Of a DNA stretch of 64,000 bases, positions 28,807 through 39,045 are shown piece after piece. The notes below the pieces were generated by a model. It saw only the letters and a list, made by a program, of their open reading frames with translations, had not been told where the DNA came from and did no database searches. Position numbers and translations under genes: made by a program. The first letter of the stretch is position 1, and each line of letters begins with the position of its first letter. The stretch is from assembly GCA_048320885.1 (NCBI GenBank), contig JBLWFJ010000001.1, forward strand, positions 1,669,642 through 1,733,641. Direction: 5' to 3'. This DNA is from Nannocystaceae bacterium ST9. Its GTDB lineage: Bacteria > Myxococcota_A > Polyangia > Nannocystales > Nannocystaceae.

Positions 28807-30572
28807 GCGGGCGAGGACCACGGATCGAGCGGATCGGGCGGATCGAGTGGCTCGCCGGCCTCGCGCTGCTCGGCTGCCTGCCGACCACCCACGAGCGCGA
28901 GCCGCTCGACGACGCACCGTCGCTCGTCGAGCGGCCGCGCTGCCCCGAAGGTTCGGCGAGCGTGGCCAGCTTCGACGCGCACGTGATCGGCGAGCTCGCC
29001 CAAGTCGAGGTCGTTCGGACCTTCGAGAATCACGGCGATCGGCCGATCACGATCGCCGACGAGTTCGCGCTGCGCGGCTGGACGCTCGTCGATCATGCGA
29101 TCGAGATCGCCGACCTGCGCATGCGCGACCTCGTCGTCACCCGCGAGCAGGCCTACGCGAGCCAAGCCGCCCCCGCAGTGGTCGAGGTCGTGCCGCGAGC
29201 GACCGACGCCTTCGCGCGCCGCTTCGAATTGCTGCCGGGCGAGTCGGGCCGGGTCGAGCTCCTGCTCGCGCGCGAGCTCGACGTCGAAGCCGCTCGCACC
29301 ACCCTGACGCTGCCGACCCGCGCGAGCGGCTGCGAGCTCGACGTCATGGTCACGCTCGAGAGCACGTTCACGGCGAGCTCGCCGACCCACGCGATCACGA
29401 GCGTGTCGACCGAGCGAGCCACCCACCTCGCCCTCGCCCAGCCGGAGTCGGACGATCGCGACTTCGAACTGACCTGGCGGCGAGCCGACGCCGACGATGT
29501 CCACGCCACGCTCTGGCTGGTCCCCGACGGCCACTTCACGCTGATCGTCGAGCCCCCGACCCACGCCGATCCGGCGCAGGCGATCGCCCGCGAGTTGATC
29601 TGGCTCGAAGGCGACGACGCTTCGCCCGACTCCGCCGAGGCCCTGGCCCGGGCGACCACGCTCGCGGGCCTGCGAGCCGACGACGCGATGGTCGTGATCC
29701 CGAGCGATCACGTGCGCCACGTCGAGTTCGAACGCGCCCTCGCCCACCACCCCGAGCGCCTGCACATGCTCGTACTCGGCCTCGACGTGATGCCCCCGAG
29801 CAAGCCGCTCGCCGACACGCGCGTGTTCGGCCTCGCCGACTCCGACCCGGCCTCGCCGACGCGCCTGCGCCTGCTCGACGCGCTGCCGCGGCGGAGTCGG
29901 GGCGCCGGCGTGGTTCGCCGCGAGGGCGAGCTCGACCCGATGCTCGCCGAGCGCTTCGCTCGACGGATCGCCTCGCCCCTGCTCGTCGATCTCGAGCTCG
30001 ACTGGGGCGACGCGCAGGTCGAATTCCTGACCCTCGCTCGCTTGCCGGATCTCTTCGCGGAGCACTCGCTCGTGCTGCATGGACGCGTTCGCGGACCGCT
30101 CGGATCGCTCGTGCTGCATGGACGCGATCGCGTGGGTCGGCGGGCGATCACGATCGAGATCCGGCCCACGCAGACGACCGACTCGCGCGGGCTCGCGACG
30201 ATCACGAACCTCGAGCGGATCGACGCGCTCTTCGGGGTGAATCGCGAGCGCCTGCCCTGCTTCCCCGACGGCCGCGAGGACCAGGCGCTGGCGCTCGCGC
30301 TCGCGCTGCAACAGCCGATCGCTACGACCTGCGTGGTCGCGGTGATCGAGCAGGCCGGCGCGCCGACGCGGCTCGATCCGATCCAGCCGCGCTGCGACAT
30401 CGAGCAGGCGAGCTCGATCGAGTCGCGCGAGCCCTTCCGCGACTTGGACAAGCTCGGCGGTCTGTTGCCGATCGGACCCCTGCCGCTCTCCAGCTTGCTC
30501 GGGGCGACTCAGATCCGACCCAGCGCCTCGCGCAGCTCGGCGAGCGCGGGTCGACGCCCTGGATTCGAGTGA
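28803..30572 (+). CDS. Degenerate VIT-like paralog lipoprotein (about 589 aa), GTGA-coupled to the preceding gene.
   Basis: GTG at 28803 overlaps the TGA at 28804..28806 in the frame of track ORF 27210..30572. The product starts MSGRGPRIERIGRIEWLAGLALLGC (lipobox). FDAHVIGELAQVEVVRTFENHGDRPITIADEFAL parallels the VIT block of the upstream protein. No MIDAS motif is present. Confidence 0.65.
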   Translation: MSGRGPRIERIGRIEWLAGLALLGCLPTTHEREPLDDAPSLVERPRCPEGSASVASFDAHVIGELAQVEVVRTFENHGDRPITIADEFALRGWTLVDHAIEIADLRMRDLVVTREQAYASQAAPAVVEVVPRATDAFARRFELLPGESGRVELLLARELDVEAARTTLTLPTRASGCELDVMVTLESTFTASSPTHAITSVSTERATHLALAQPESDDRDFELTWRRADADDVHATLWLVPDGHFTLIVEPPTHADPAQAIARELIWLEGDDASPDSAEALARATTLAGLRADDAMVVIPSDHVRHVEFERALAHHPERLHMLVLGLDVMPPSKPLADTRVFGLADSDPASPTRLRLLDALPRRSRGAGVVRREGELDPMLAERFARRIASPLLVDLELDWGDAQVEFLTLARLPDLFAEHSLVLHGRVRGPLGSLVLHGRDRVGRRAITIEIRPTQTTDSRGLATITNLERIDALFGVNRERLPCFPDGREDQALALALALQQPIATTCVVAVIEQAGAPTRLDPIQPRCDIEQASSIESREPFRDLDKLGGLLPIGPLPLSSLLGATQIRPSASRSSASAGRRPGFE

Positions 30573-31972
30573 AGGCCCGCGACCGCGAGCGAGCGCAGCG
30601 GCTCCGGGACGCCCTCGCACTCGGGCGCGGCCGAGAGCATGGCTCGCACCCGCTCGGCGAGCGTGGGCCGAGCGAAGGGGTGCTTGCCCGTCGACCACCA
30701 GACCATCGTCGCGCTCAGCGAGAATACGTCGCTCGCGGGCGTGGGCGCCGACCCCATCAGCAGCTCGGGAGCGAGATAGATGTCGTCGAAGGGCGGCTCC
30801 TGGCCCTCGACCCGCGGACCGAGCGGCCAAGTCAGACGGCGCAGGAGCTCGCCGCGAGGGACCAGCGTCACGCGACCGAGCGCATCGACGAGGGTCAGCT
30901 CGGGGCGCAGCCCGACCACGCACTCGCCACCGGCGTGAACTCGCTCGAGGATGCACGCGGTCGCGTCCGCGAGCCTGGCCACCTCGACGAGCGGCGCAGG
31001 CGAGCGCGCGTCGCTGCGGGCCAGCTTGGGCAGCGCCTCGACGAGAACGTTGGCGAGGCCTTCGTTCGTTTCGACGCGTCCGAGCCAGAGCATCGGCGCG
31101 ACCCCTTCGTAGTCGAGAGCGAGCCGATCCGCGGGCGGCAGCGGCTCGCCCGACAAGACCAAGAGCGTGGTCACCAGCACACGTTTGCCGCTCGCCAGAT
31201 CACTGCCGATCTCCAGCGAGCGACCGCGGCTGCCCGCGTGGCGCTTGCGAACGAAGTAGGTGGTGCCGGGAACCGAGTATCCATGTGCGCTGGCATGAAT
31301 TCGCCGCTCGAAGTCGGCCGGGATCAGTCCAATCGCCTCGAAGCGACGCAGCTGGTTCGACGAGGCATTGGTGAGGCTGGCCGGATACTCGTCGAGGTAC
31401 TCGGCCACCCGCGCCAGCCACCACGCGTCGTCCCCCTGCGACCAATCCTCGCTGGCGGCGCGAAGCATGAATCGCAACAGGCGCTTCTCGTGCGAGTTAC
31501 CACTGTCGAGATAAGCCTCGATGAGCTCGGCCTCGTGGTCGAGCCGTCGCCACTCGTGCATGGCCTTGCTGAACATCACGTTCGAGATCGGCGCATCGAC
31601 AAATTCTTCTTCGACCAGATACACGAGTCGACGCAGGAGCTGGCGGACTCGGGCGGCGGGCTCGGCCTGATCGTCGAGCAAGGGCTCGGCGAAGCCGGGG
31701 CCGAGCGCGTCGAGTTGGTTCGGGTCGCCTTCGCCGGCCTCGATCCGCGCGCGCAAGGCCAGCCACAGCCCGAGGTGCTCGAGCTCGGGGAGCTCCGCGA
31801 TCAGGGGCTCGAGCGCGGTCGGACCGAGCGACACGAGCGCTCGCAGGGACCGCGCCGCACCGACGACACCGAGGTTGCTGCTCGACTTGCCGTAGCCCTC
31901 GGTGAGCAAGAGATGACGAAGCCGATCGATCAGCGACCGCCAGCGCGGCGAACTCGGGAGCGTGTCCATCAT
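30509..31972 (-). CDS. Protein-kinase-like protein, probably a pseudokinase (487 aa), ATGA-coupled downstream of the giant DUF4157 protein.
   Basis: The C-terminal half keeps kinase subdomain VIII/IX-like residues ([36 protein letters not shown]). The catalytic HRD position reads GLRPE and the DFG position reads ALG. The start MM at 31972..31967 overlaps the upstream TGA. Confidence 0.65.
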   Translation of the reverse strand: MMDTLPSSPRWRSLIDRLRHLLLTEGYGKSSSNLGVVGAARSLRALVSLGPTALEPLIAELPELEHLGLWLALRARIEAGEGDPNQLDALGPGFAEPLLDDQAEPAARVRQLLRRLVYLVEEEFVDAPISNVMFSKAMHEWRRLDHEAELIEAYLDSGNSHEKRLLRFMLRAASEDWSQGDDAWWLARVAEYLDEYPASLTNASSNQLRRFEAIGLIPADFERRIHASAHGYSVPGTTYFVRKRHAGSRGRSLEIGSDLASGKRVLVTTLLVLSGEPLPPADRLALDYEGVAPMLWLGRVETNEGLANVLVEALPKLARSDARSPAPLVEVARLADATACILERVHAGGECVVGLRPELTLVDALGRVTLVPRGELLRRLTWPLGPRVEGQEPPFDDIYLAPELLMGSAPTPASDVFSLSATMVWWSTGKHPFARPTLAERVRAMLSAAPECEGVPEPLRSLAVAGLHSNPGRRPALAELREALGRI

Positions 31973-34900
31973 GGATTCGTTCGACCCTGCGAACTCATGG
32001 CAGGTGTGATCACGGGAATCAAGCAGACCTGCTCGTCCGCGTTCAGCGAGATGCGGGTGTTGCCGGCGCTGTGCTCACCGTTGCGAAGCGCGTTCGTGTA
32101 GATGTCCTCCCAGCGCGACATGTTGTGCGGCGAGATGCGATCACCGAGGAATTCCTGCAAATGCGTGGACTCGATCGGATGGTGTCGCACGATCCGAGGC
32201 GGATCGCCGGAGATGACGACCGCGAGCATCGGCGTACTGTCGCGGTGCGTGGTCGACACATCGGCCTGGAGCGTGAGCGCACCACGTCCGCTCTCGGGAT
32301 CACCGAGTCGAGTCTGAAGCAGGAAATTGGCCATCGATTCGGGATTCCCCCACGCCGGTAACGAATAGTTGCCCTCCAGCGTCGTTCCGAGCTGCCGCGA
32401 CGCGGCGTTGCCCTCGGTCTGCATCCAACGGCCGCCGCCCTTGACCTCGCGCAAGACCAGGGCCTCGCCCGGCCGATAGAACTCGAAGTCCACCCGCCGA
32501 CCCACCTCGTAGGCGGTCAGCCGGCTGCCGTCGGGGTACTCGATCGAGACTCGGTTCTTGCCCGCGACGATCACTCCGCCCGTGGTCCCCAAGCTCTGAT
32601 GCATCTGCCGAAACGCGGCCCACTCGTGGTCGCCTTTGAGGATGCCTTCCGCCTGCGATCCGGCCCGGAGTCGGTCGATGACCTGAGGGTCGCCTCCGCC
32701 GGTGCCGGAGCGGACCTCCGTGCCGCCGTGGGGCCGCACCGGCATGTCGACCGGAGGAGGCCGCAATCCGGCGATCGGATTCAGGCCCATGACCTGGCCG
32801 AGATAAGGGTGAGGCATCCCATGGATCGGGCCCTGCCAGAGCACCTCGCCCGAAGGACTGCGGATTACGATGTCGGCCCGATACGCAGGAAGCTCGCCGA
32901 AATAACCTTCGATCCGCGCGCCATGAATCTCGATCTCGACTCGGGGTCGCCCGCTCCCGGACACGGCATTGCCGATTCGTCCGTTGCCGAGCACCTCGAA
33001 GGGCGCATGCACGCTGTGCGTCGACAGTCCATTTTGCGCGACATAGGCGAGATCCTGCGCCGAGGGCAAGAGCGCGGTGCGATTGGCCTCGTCGGCCAAC
33101 GCCTGATGGATCGACATCTCCGATTGTGGTCCTTCGCCACCGTGCAATCGATTGGTCGTCGGATGACTATGGGAAACGGCACGAACACCTGGGAAATGGC
33201 CCCAATCGACCGCGCCATGCTGGCCTCGAATGACCACGAATTCGCCGGTCGGAAGCTGCCCTATCCCCCATTCCACCGATGTCGGCCGGAAGCCCTCGGG
33301 TAGATCACCCACGCCGAGCGAGCGCAGGGCTCCGGGGTGATCTTGCATGATCGATTGCATCACCGCGCGCGCTTCGGCCTCGGTCGCCAAGGGGCGACCC
33401 ACGGCGACGTTGGTGGCCGTGTTCAGCTCGGCGGCGTCGTGCGAGGTCCGCATCACCCGAGTCTCGGGCGGCTCCTCACCCGGCGGGCGCGTCCTGGTTC
33501 CCTCCTCTTCGCCGGTCCGTGTTCGAGTCTCGGTTTCCTCGCCCGGCGGCCGTGTCGGCGCTCCACCCTCTTCCTCGCCCGGCGGCCGCGTCCGCGGCGG
33601 CCCTTCGTCCTCGCCAGGCCCCGGCGGGCGGACACGCGGCGTGGTCCCGTCTCCCGCGGGAGCCCCACCGAAGCGACGATTCACCGCGCCCTCGATGCGG
33701 GTCTCGAGCCGCGATCCGATCCGCCCCGGATCGAAGCGACGGAAGCGATCCAGAGCGGTTCGCGGCGCCTCGCTCGGCGGCGCGTGGGTGCCCCCGCGAC
33801 GCGAGGCTCGGGCCGAGGTGCCGGCCGAGGCGGCGGCCGAGAAGGCGCGGCTGAGATCGAATTTCTCGCCGCTCAACCACGAGGTCAGGCCTTCGAGCCC
33901 GAAGCCGACCAGCGCTCCGCCGGCGATCTGCGTCACGGCGGCGCGCGTGCCCCCGGCTCCGCCGGTGGGCACGTTGGGTGTGCCGGGATGCGGCGCCGCG
34001 GGGTGCGGTGCGTCGGGCGTGCCCGCGTGCGGCGTGGCGCTCGGGGCATCCGCGTGGGCGGTCGGATGCGGGGCGTCGGGCGTGCCCGCGTGGGCGGTCG
34101 GATGCGGGGCGTCGGGCGTGCCCACGTGAGCGGTCGGGTGTGGGGCGTCCGGCGTGCCCACGCGCGGCCGCCCGCCGCCTTGCGGACGGAAGCTGACACT
34201 CGACATCGCGCCGGCCATCAAGAAGCCCTGCCAGTTGAACTTCTGACCGAACGCGACGTAGCCGATCGTCTGCGTGATGCCTTCGGAGACCAGGTCGGCG
34301 CCGACGTTGATCGCGAACTGCACGACGTAGCGACCGGCGAGCGCCGACGCGCCGCTGGCCGCACCCGCGGCGAAGCCCAGGCCACCCCCGATCGCGCCAC
34401 CGATCGCGCCCATGATCATCGCCTGCGCGAGCCCGGTATGCCACGCCTCGCCCGACGCCCAATTGTTGATGATCTGGATCAGCCCGGCACTGACCGCGCC
34501 GACCAGGGCGCCGACCAGGATCACGGCGAACAGGCTCGCACCGGCGCCCAGGGTCACGATGCTGATCACGGCGGCCGCGATCACGACCAAGACCACCAGC
34601 ACGATCGCGACCACGCTCTTCCAGGCCGGCTGCTCCTTGCCGGCCGCCTTCCAGGCCTCGCTCGCGACCCGGCGATCGAGCCCGCCGAGCTGACCACGGA
34701 GATCCTGATCGAGCTGGCCGAGCGAGCTCGCGATCGCAGCGTCGACGCGCGTGCCGATCGTCGCGAGCGCGCCCTCGAAGCCCTGCACGGCTCGCTGCAT
34801 GCTGGCCACGCCCTCGCTGCTGGCCTGCTGGGTCTGCTGGACGTGCTGCTGACCGAGCTGCTGGAAGGTCTGGCTGGCGCCGGCCTGCAGGGCCGCGAGC

Positions 34901-37900
34901 TGGCCCGCGAAGGTCGACTCGCTGGTCGCACACTGCTCGGCGTTGCGAGCGGTGATGTCGGTGAGGGCCGCGAGCGCGGCGTTGCCCAGCTCGCCCAGGC
35001 GCGCCTCGGCCTGGCCGGCGCCGAACTGCATCTGCTCGAGCAGCGTGCCCATGCCACCGCCGAGCGAGCCCTCGATCGTCGCGAGCGTCAGCGCGAGCTG
35101 ATCGGGATCCGGGATGCCGCCGGCGGTGAACTGCCCGCGCAGCCGAACGAGGGTCTGCTCGAGCGAGGTGACGGCGGCCGCGATGCCGCGCCCGAGGTTG
35201 GCCGCGCTCGCGTGGGCGAGCTGCTCGAGCGCGACCTGCTTGAGGTAGCCGGCGTCGTCGACCGCCTGCCGCTGCGCGTGCTCCTGCGCTCGCAGGCCGG
35301 CGAGCGAGGCTGCCAGCCCGGCATCGATCGCGCCGAGGCTGGTCGTGCGCGCGCTCGCGAGTCCGTCGAGCGCCTGCATGCGCGAGGTCTCGAGCCCGGT
35401 GATCAGCTGATCGTGGGTGTCGTCGAGGGTCTGATCGACCTGCCGCGCGCCCGCGATCACGGCGCAGCGATACTGCTTGCGGACGTCCTTGAGGTCGTAG
35501 CCCTTCTTGTTGGCGGTTCGAATGAACCCGTCCTTGTAGCCCGCGGCGGTCTTGCACGCGGCGTCCTGCTGCGCGCGAGCGCGACGAACGGTCAGGCAGC
35601 CGTCCCAGAACCCGTCGTCGGCGTAGGTGCCCTTGCAGCGCTCGTAGGCGTGCGCGTGCTCCTGCCCGCGTTGGACCGCCCGCCGCGAGTACTCGGGGCC
35701 CTTGGCCTCGTGCTGGGTTCGACCGGTGGCGAAGCGAGCGTTGACGTCGGCGAGGCCCTCGGTCTCCTTCTCGGCGACGAGGTCGACGTCGGTCGAGTGC
35801 TCCTCGTCGAGCACGAGCATCGCGGCCAGCGTCTCGGCCTCGACCAGCTCGGCCGTCGCCGCGTACTCGACCTCGACCTGGGCTCGAGCCGCGGCCGCGC
35901 CCTCGATCGCCAGCGCGCGGGCCTGGCCGATCCGCTCCGAGATCGCGGCCTTCTCGACCTCGATCGACCCCTGGATGTTGGCCATCGCGGTCTGAGCCAG
36001 CCCACCGAGTCGACCCGGGACCTCCTGCTGGGCGAACGCGATCGCGGCGAAGATCTGGCTCGACGCGCCGGCCATGAACCCGCGCAGCTGATCGATCGCC
36101 GCGTCGCGGCGCGTGCGATCGACGACCTCGTTCGGACCGGGCTCGAAGCGAATGCCCTGATCGAGTCGACTCGCACGATCACCGACTTGCTCGAGCTCCA
36201 TGGTCGAGCGCTCGTAGTCGCTGACCGCGAGATCGCGGCTGGTCTCGGCGGCGCCGATCGAGCCGCCCATCCCCGAAGCTGCCCCGCCGCCTTCGCCCTC
36301 TGGTGCACCGCCACCGCCGCCTTCGCCCGTCGCCGCGCCTTCGCCCGTCGCCGCGCCTTCGCCCGTCGCCGCGCCCTCGCCCGTCGCCGCGCCCTCGCCC
36401 GTCGCCGTCGCACCACCGGCCGGACTCGCAGCAGCCGGGCTCGCGGCGGCCATCGACATCGTCGCCGCGGCCGAGGTCGCGGGGCGCTCGACCGTCTGCG
36501 CGCTCGCGCTGGCGCCGATGCCCTGCGGCATCTGCTGGCTGCCCTGCGCGACCTCGGCTTCGGCCGGGCACGCGTCGACCTCGTCGGCCCAGGAACCGAA
36601 GTAGATCTGGGAATCGGACTGCGATCGCGAGTTGCGGTTGTCGCTGCTGGGCTCCGGCGTGCTGTCGGGTCGCGGCGGAGGATCGACGTTGTAACAGGGC
36701 GCGCTGATCGTCCCCGCGGCGCCCTCGGGTGCACCCGGCGGCGTGTCGGCGCTCGTCGGCGAAGCACCGGCCGCGCTCGCGGCGGTTCCCGCCGGCGCGG
36801 CTCCGGCTGCACCCGGACCGGTCGGCACACCTTCGGGTGGCGGCTCGCTCTCGCCTTCGGCCGCTTCGTCGACGGACGCTTCGGGACCCTGCGCTTGCTC
36901 GCCTTCTACGGGCGCCGCCTCGCCCTCGGGCGTCGCCTCGCCTTCGCCCTCGACCGGCGCCTCGCCGACTTCGATCGGGCCCTCGATCAAGCGCGAGGGC
37001 CTCGCGGTCAGGCGATGCTGCACGACGGCTTGCGAGGGCGCGCCGCCGGTCGGCGCCACACCGTCGAGCAGCGGCTCGGCCGAGCGACCTTCGACGACCG
37101 CGTCGGCGACCTGATCGGCGTGTCGCTCCCAACGATCACCGACCTGCCCGACCTTGCCGGGCAAACTCAGGCCCGCGCGCTGCTGGACGGTGTGCGCGGC
37201 CTCGTGCGCCGCGAGCCGGAGATCCGGCGCCTCGCGAAAGCCGATCCGCGAGCCGGCCGTGAACGCGAGCGCGCCCATGCGTCGACTGGCGCCCGCCGCC
37301 TCGCCGCCGACGCGAACCCGGACGCCCGACACGTCGTGGCGACCGAACGCGGCCTGGATCCGATCGGCGTGGGGCAGGCCCTCGCTCGCGCCCACGAGCC
37401 CGCGCTTGGCCTCGCGGTGGATCACGCTCGCGCGCCGCGTCGCCTTGGCCTCGCGCTGAACCGGCGCCTCGTCGTCTTCGGCCGCACAGGCGTCGCAGGC
37501 CTGCTGCACGCAGGTCGGCTCGCCGTACTCGCTGCAATCCCACAGCTGCACGAGCCCGGCCTCGCCGCTCGCCGCCGACGTCGGCTCGGCCTGCGACTGC
37601 ACGCAGGTCGGCTCGCCGTACTCGCTGCAATCCCACAGCTGCACGGGCTCGTCCTCGCGCGCGGCCTCGGCCTCGCACGCATCACATTTGTGCTGGACCG
37701 GCGGACCGTCGTCGTCGTCGTCGTCGTCGAGCGGGACCCCGGCCGCGCCACCCGATGAGCCGCCGAGCTGCGTCGTGGTCGGATCGGGCTGGTCCTCGCC
37801 ACGATCGTCGTCCTCGGCCTCGCACGCGTCGCACTTGCGCTGGACCGTGGTCGCGAGCTGAGCCCAACCCGGGTTGATCGGCGCGCTGCGATCTTCACGA

Positions 37901-37953
37901 GCCACGCTCGTGGGGATCGGCCGACTCGGCGTTGGTTTGGCGCGCTCGTGCAT
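31969..37953 (-). CDS. Giant multidomain protein (1994 aa) with an N-terminal Cys-motif region, a DUF4157 (HExxH) domain, a long helical region, a TM block, repeat arrays and a C-terminal globular tail. It is polymorphic-toxin-like.
   Basis: CDACEAE appears three times and [16 protein letters not shown] twice. The DUF4157 signature reads [67 protein letters not shown] repeats x5, four or five TM helices with Gly-zippers ([16 protein letters not shown]), [11 protein letters not shown] x4 and RPPGEEEG repeats are present. The C-terminal 500 aa are globular. Confidence 0.8.
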   Translation of the reverse strand: MHERAKPTPSRPIPTSVAREDRSAPINPGWAQLATTVQRKCDACEAEDDDRGEDQPDPTTTQLGGSSGGAAGVPLDDDDDDDGPPVQHKCDACEAEAAREDEPVQLWDCSEYGEPTCVQSQAEPTSAASGEAGLVQLWDCSEYGEPTCVQQACDACAAEDDEAPVQREAKATRRASVIHREAKRGLVGASEGLPHADRIQAAFGRHDVSGVRVRVGGEAAGASRRMGALAFTAGSRIGFREAPDLRLAAHEAAHTVQQRAGLSLPGKVGQVGDRWERHADQVADAVVEGRSAEPLLDGVAPTGGAPSQAVVQHRLTARPSRLIEGPIEVGEAPVEGEGEATPEGEAAPVEGEQAQGPEASVDEAAEGESEPPPEGVPTGPGAAGAAPAGTAASAAGASPTSADTPPGAPEGAAGTISAPCYNVDPPPRPDSTPEPSSDNRNSRSQSDSQIYFGSWADEVDACPAEAEVAQGSQQMPQGIGASASAQTVERPATSAAATMSMAAASPAAASPAGGATATGEGAATGEGAATGEGAATGEGAATGEGGGGGAPEGEGGGAASGMGGSIGAAETSRDLAVSDYERSTMELEQVGDRASRLDQGIRFEPGPNEVVDRTRRDAAIDQLRGFMAGASSQIFAAIAFAQQEVPGRLGGLAQTAMANIQGSIEVEKAAISERIGQARALAIEGAAAARAQVEVEYAATAELVEAETLAAMLVLDEEHSTDVDLVAEKETEGLADVNARFATGRTQHEAKGPEYSRRAVQRGQEHAHAYERCKGTYADDGFWDGCLTVRRARAQQDAACKTAAGYKDGFIRTANKKGYDLKDVRKQYRCAVIAGARQVDQTLDDTHDQLITGLETSRMQALDGLASARTTSLGAIDAGLAASLAGLRAQEHAQRQAVDDAGYLKQVALEQLAHASAANLGRGIAAAVTSLEQTLVRLRGQFTAGGIPDPDQLALTLATIEGSLGGGMGTLLEQMQFGAGQAEARLGELGNAALAALTDITARNAEQCATSESTFAGQLAALQAGASQTFQQLGQQHVQQTQQASSEGVASMQRAVQGFEGALATIGTRVDAAIASSLGQLDQDLRGQLGGLDRRVASEAWKAAGKEQPAWKSVVAIVLVVLVVIAAAVISIVTLGAGASLFAVILVGALVGAVSAGLIQIINNWASGEAWHTGLAQAMIMGAIGGAIGGGLGFAAGAASGASALAGRYVVQFAINVGADLVSEGITQTIGYVAFGQKFNWQGFLMAGAMSSVSFRPQGGGRPRVGTPDAPHPTAHVGTPDAPHPTAHAGTPDAPHPTAHADAPSATPHAGTPDAPHPAAPHPGTPNVPTGGAGGTRAAVTQIAGGALVGFGLEGLTSWLSGEKFDLSRAFSAAASAGTSARASRRGGTHAPPSEAPRTALDRFRRFDPGRIGSRLETRIEGAVNRRFGGAPAGDGTTPRVRPPGPGEDEGPPRTRPPGEEEGGAPTRPPGEETETRTRTGEEEGTRTRPPGEEPPETRVMRTSHDAAELNTATNVAVGRPLATEAEARAVMQSIMQDHPGALRSLGVGDLPEGFRPTSVEWGIGQLPTGEFVVIRGQHGAVDWGHFPGVRAVSHSHPTTNRLHGGEGPQSEMSIHQALADEANRTALLPSAQDLAYVAQNGLSTHSVHAPFEVLGNGRIGNAVSGSGRPRVEIEIHGARIEGYFGELPAYRADIVIRSPSGEVLWQGPIHGMPHPYLGQVMGLNPIAGLRPPPVDMPVRPHGGTEVRSGTGGGDPQVIDRLRAGSQAEGILKGDHEWAAFRQMHQSLGTTGGVIVAGKNRVSIEYPDGSRLTAYEVGRRVDFEFYRPGEALVLREVKGGGRWMQTEGNAASRQLGTTLEGNYSLPAWGNPESMANFLLQTRLGDPESGRGALTLQADVSTTHRDSTPMLAVVISGDPPRIVRHHPIESTHLQEFLGDRISPHNMSRWEDIYTNALRNGEHSAGNTRISLNADEQVCLIPVITPAMSSQGRTNP

Positions 37954-37959
37954 GGAGGT

Positions 37960-38982
37960 TCAAGCGTCCGAGGGCCCTCGCTCGCGCGGGCGCCCGGTCA
38001 ATCGCTCGACGATCGCCTCGGGCGACGCGTCGTCGAGCGCCAGCGATCGTCCGAGCCGCTCGATCATCGCCATGATCTCGGGCGGCGGCCCGGCCTCGTT
38101 CGGCTGCTGGAGCGCGCCGATCAAGCTCGGCAACACTTCGTCGCCGAGCGACTCGATCGTGCTCGCTACCGCCGCGAGCGTCCGCGGATCCAGCTGGGGC
38201 GTCGACGCGCTGCTCGGCAGCCGGGCCACGTCGTCGAGCAGCCGCGCGGCCAGCTCGGGATCGACGTAGCCCTTGCGGCCCGCGCTCTGCAGCAGCTCGA
38301 GCACGAGCGGCGTCATCGTGCGAGCGAGCGGCATGAACTCTCGCGGAAGCGCGGTCGATTCGGTCTCGATCGCTTCGTCGTCGATCGGCTCGCGCGAGTC
38401 CAGCCCGATCGCCCCGCGAAGGTCCGCGCCCTCGAGCTTCGCGCCCGCGAGCTCGGCCTCGCCGAGATCGGCCCCGCGCAGATCCGCGTCGCTCAGATCC
38501 GCGTCGCGCAGGTCGGCCCCGCGCAAGTCGGCCCCGCGCAGGTCCAACCCCTCGCCCGAGATCCGAACCAAGACGGCCCCGCGCAAGCTCGCCCGCGAGA
38601 GATCCGAGTCGGTCAGCAGCGCGCCGGTGAAGTCGGCCCGATCGAAGTGCGCCCCGCGAGCCGTGCCGTTCTCGAAGCGGGCGCGCACGAACGAGGCCTC
38701 GCTCGCGCGCGCTCGATCGAAGTCGCACATGCGCAGGCGAGCGTCGCCGAAGTCGGCTCGCTCGAGTCGAGCGTCGCGCAACATGCAGCTACGCCACTCG
38801 ACCGCGCCCAGCTTGGCGTCACGCAGATCGCAGTCGTCGAGCACGAGCTGATCGGCGCGCAGCCCCACGAGCTGAATGCCGCGCAGATCGGCGCCCACGA
38901 ACGCGAGGTCGCGGGCTCGTCGGCGACCCGCGAGCAAGCGCCGAAGCGTCTCGCCAGGATCGCCGCGGAGCTCGTCGACCAC
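37960..38982 (-). CDS. Pentapeptide-repeat protein with a C-terminal non-repeat domain (340 aa).
   Basis: Tandem A(D/N)LxG pentapeptides run through LDLRGADLRGADLRDADLSDADLRGADLGEAELAGAKLEGADLRGA. The gene ends 6 nt before the giant gene. Confidence 0.85.
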   Translation of the reverse strand: MVDELRGDPGETLRRLLAGRRRARDLAFVGADLRGIQLVGLRADQLVLDDCDLRDAKLGAVEWRSCMLRDARLERADFGDARLRMCDFDRARASEASFVRARFENGTARGAHFDRADFTGALLTDSDLSRASLRGAVLVRISGEGLDLRGADLRGADLRDADLSDADLRGADLGEAELAGAKLEGADLRGAIGLDSREPIDDEAIETESTALPREFMPLARTMTPLVLELLQSAGRKGYVDPELAARLLDDVARLPSSASTPQLDPRTLAAVASTIESLGDEVLPSLIGALQQPNEAGPPPEIMAMIERLGRSLALDDASPEAIVERLTGRPRERGPSDA

Positions 38983-39045
38983 CCGATCAGCATACCCGAG
39001 CGACGCCCGGTCCCGATCGCATTCGAAGCCTGCCGACCAGCCGGT

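Noticed and set aside
30509-30572. A 64-bp convergent overlap between the VIT-paralog gene end and the pseudokinase gene end.
   Set aside because: This is probably just a slightly over-extended C-terminus of one ORF. Convergent 3' overlaps are common in high-GC genomes and are not interpreted further.
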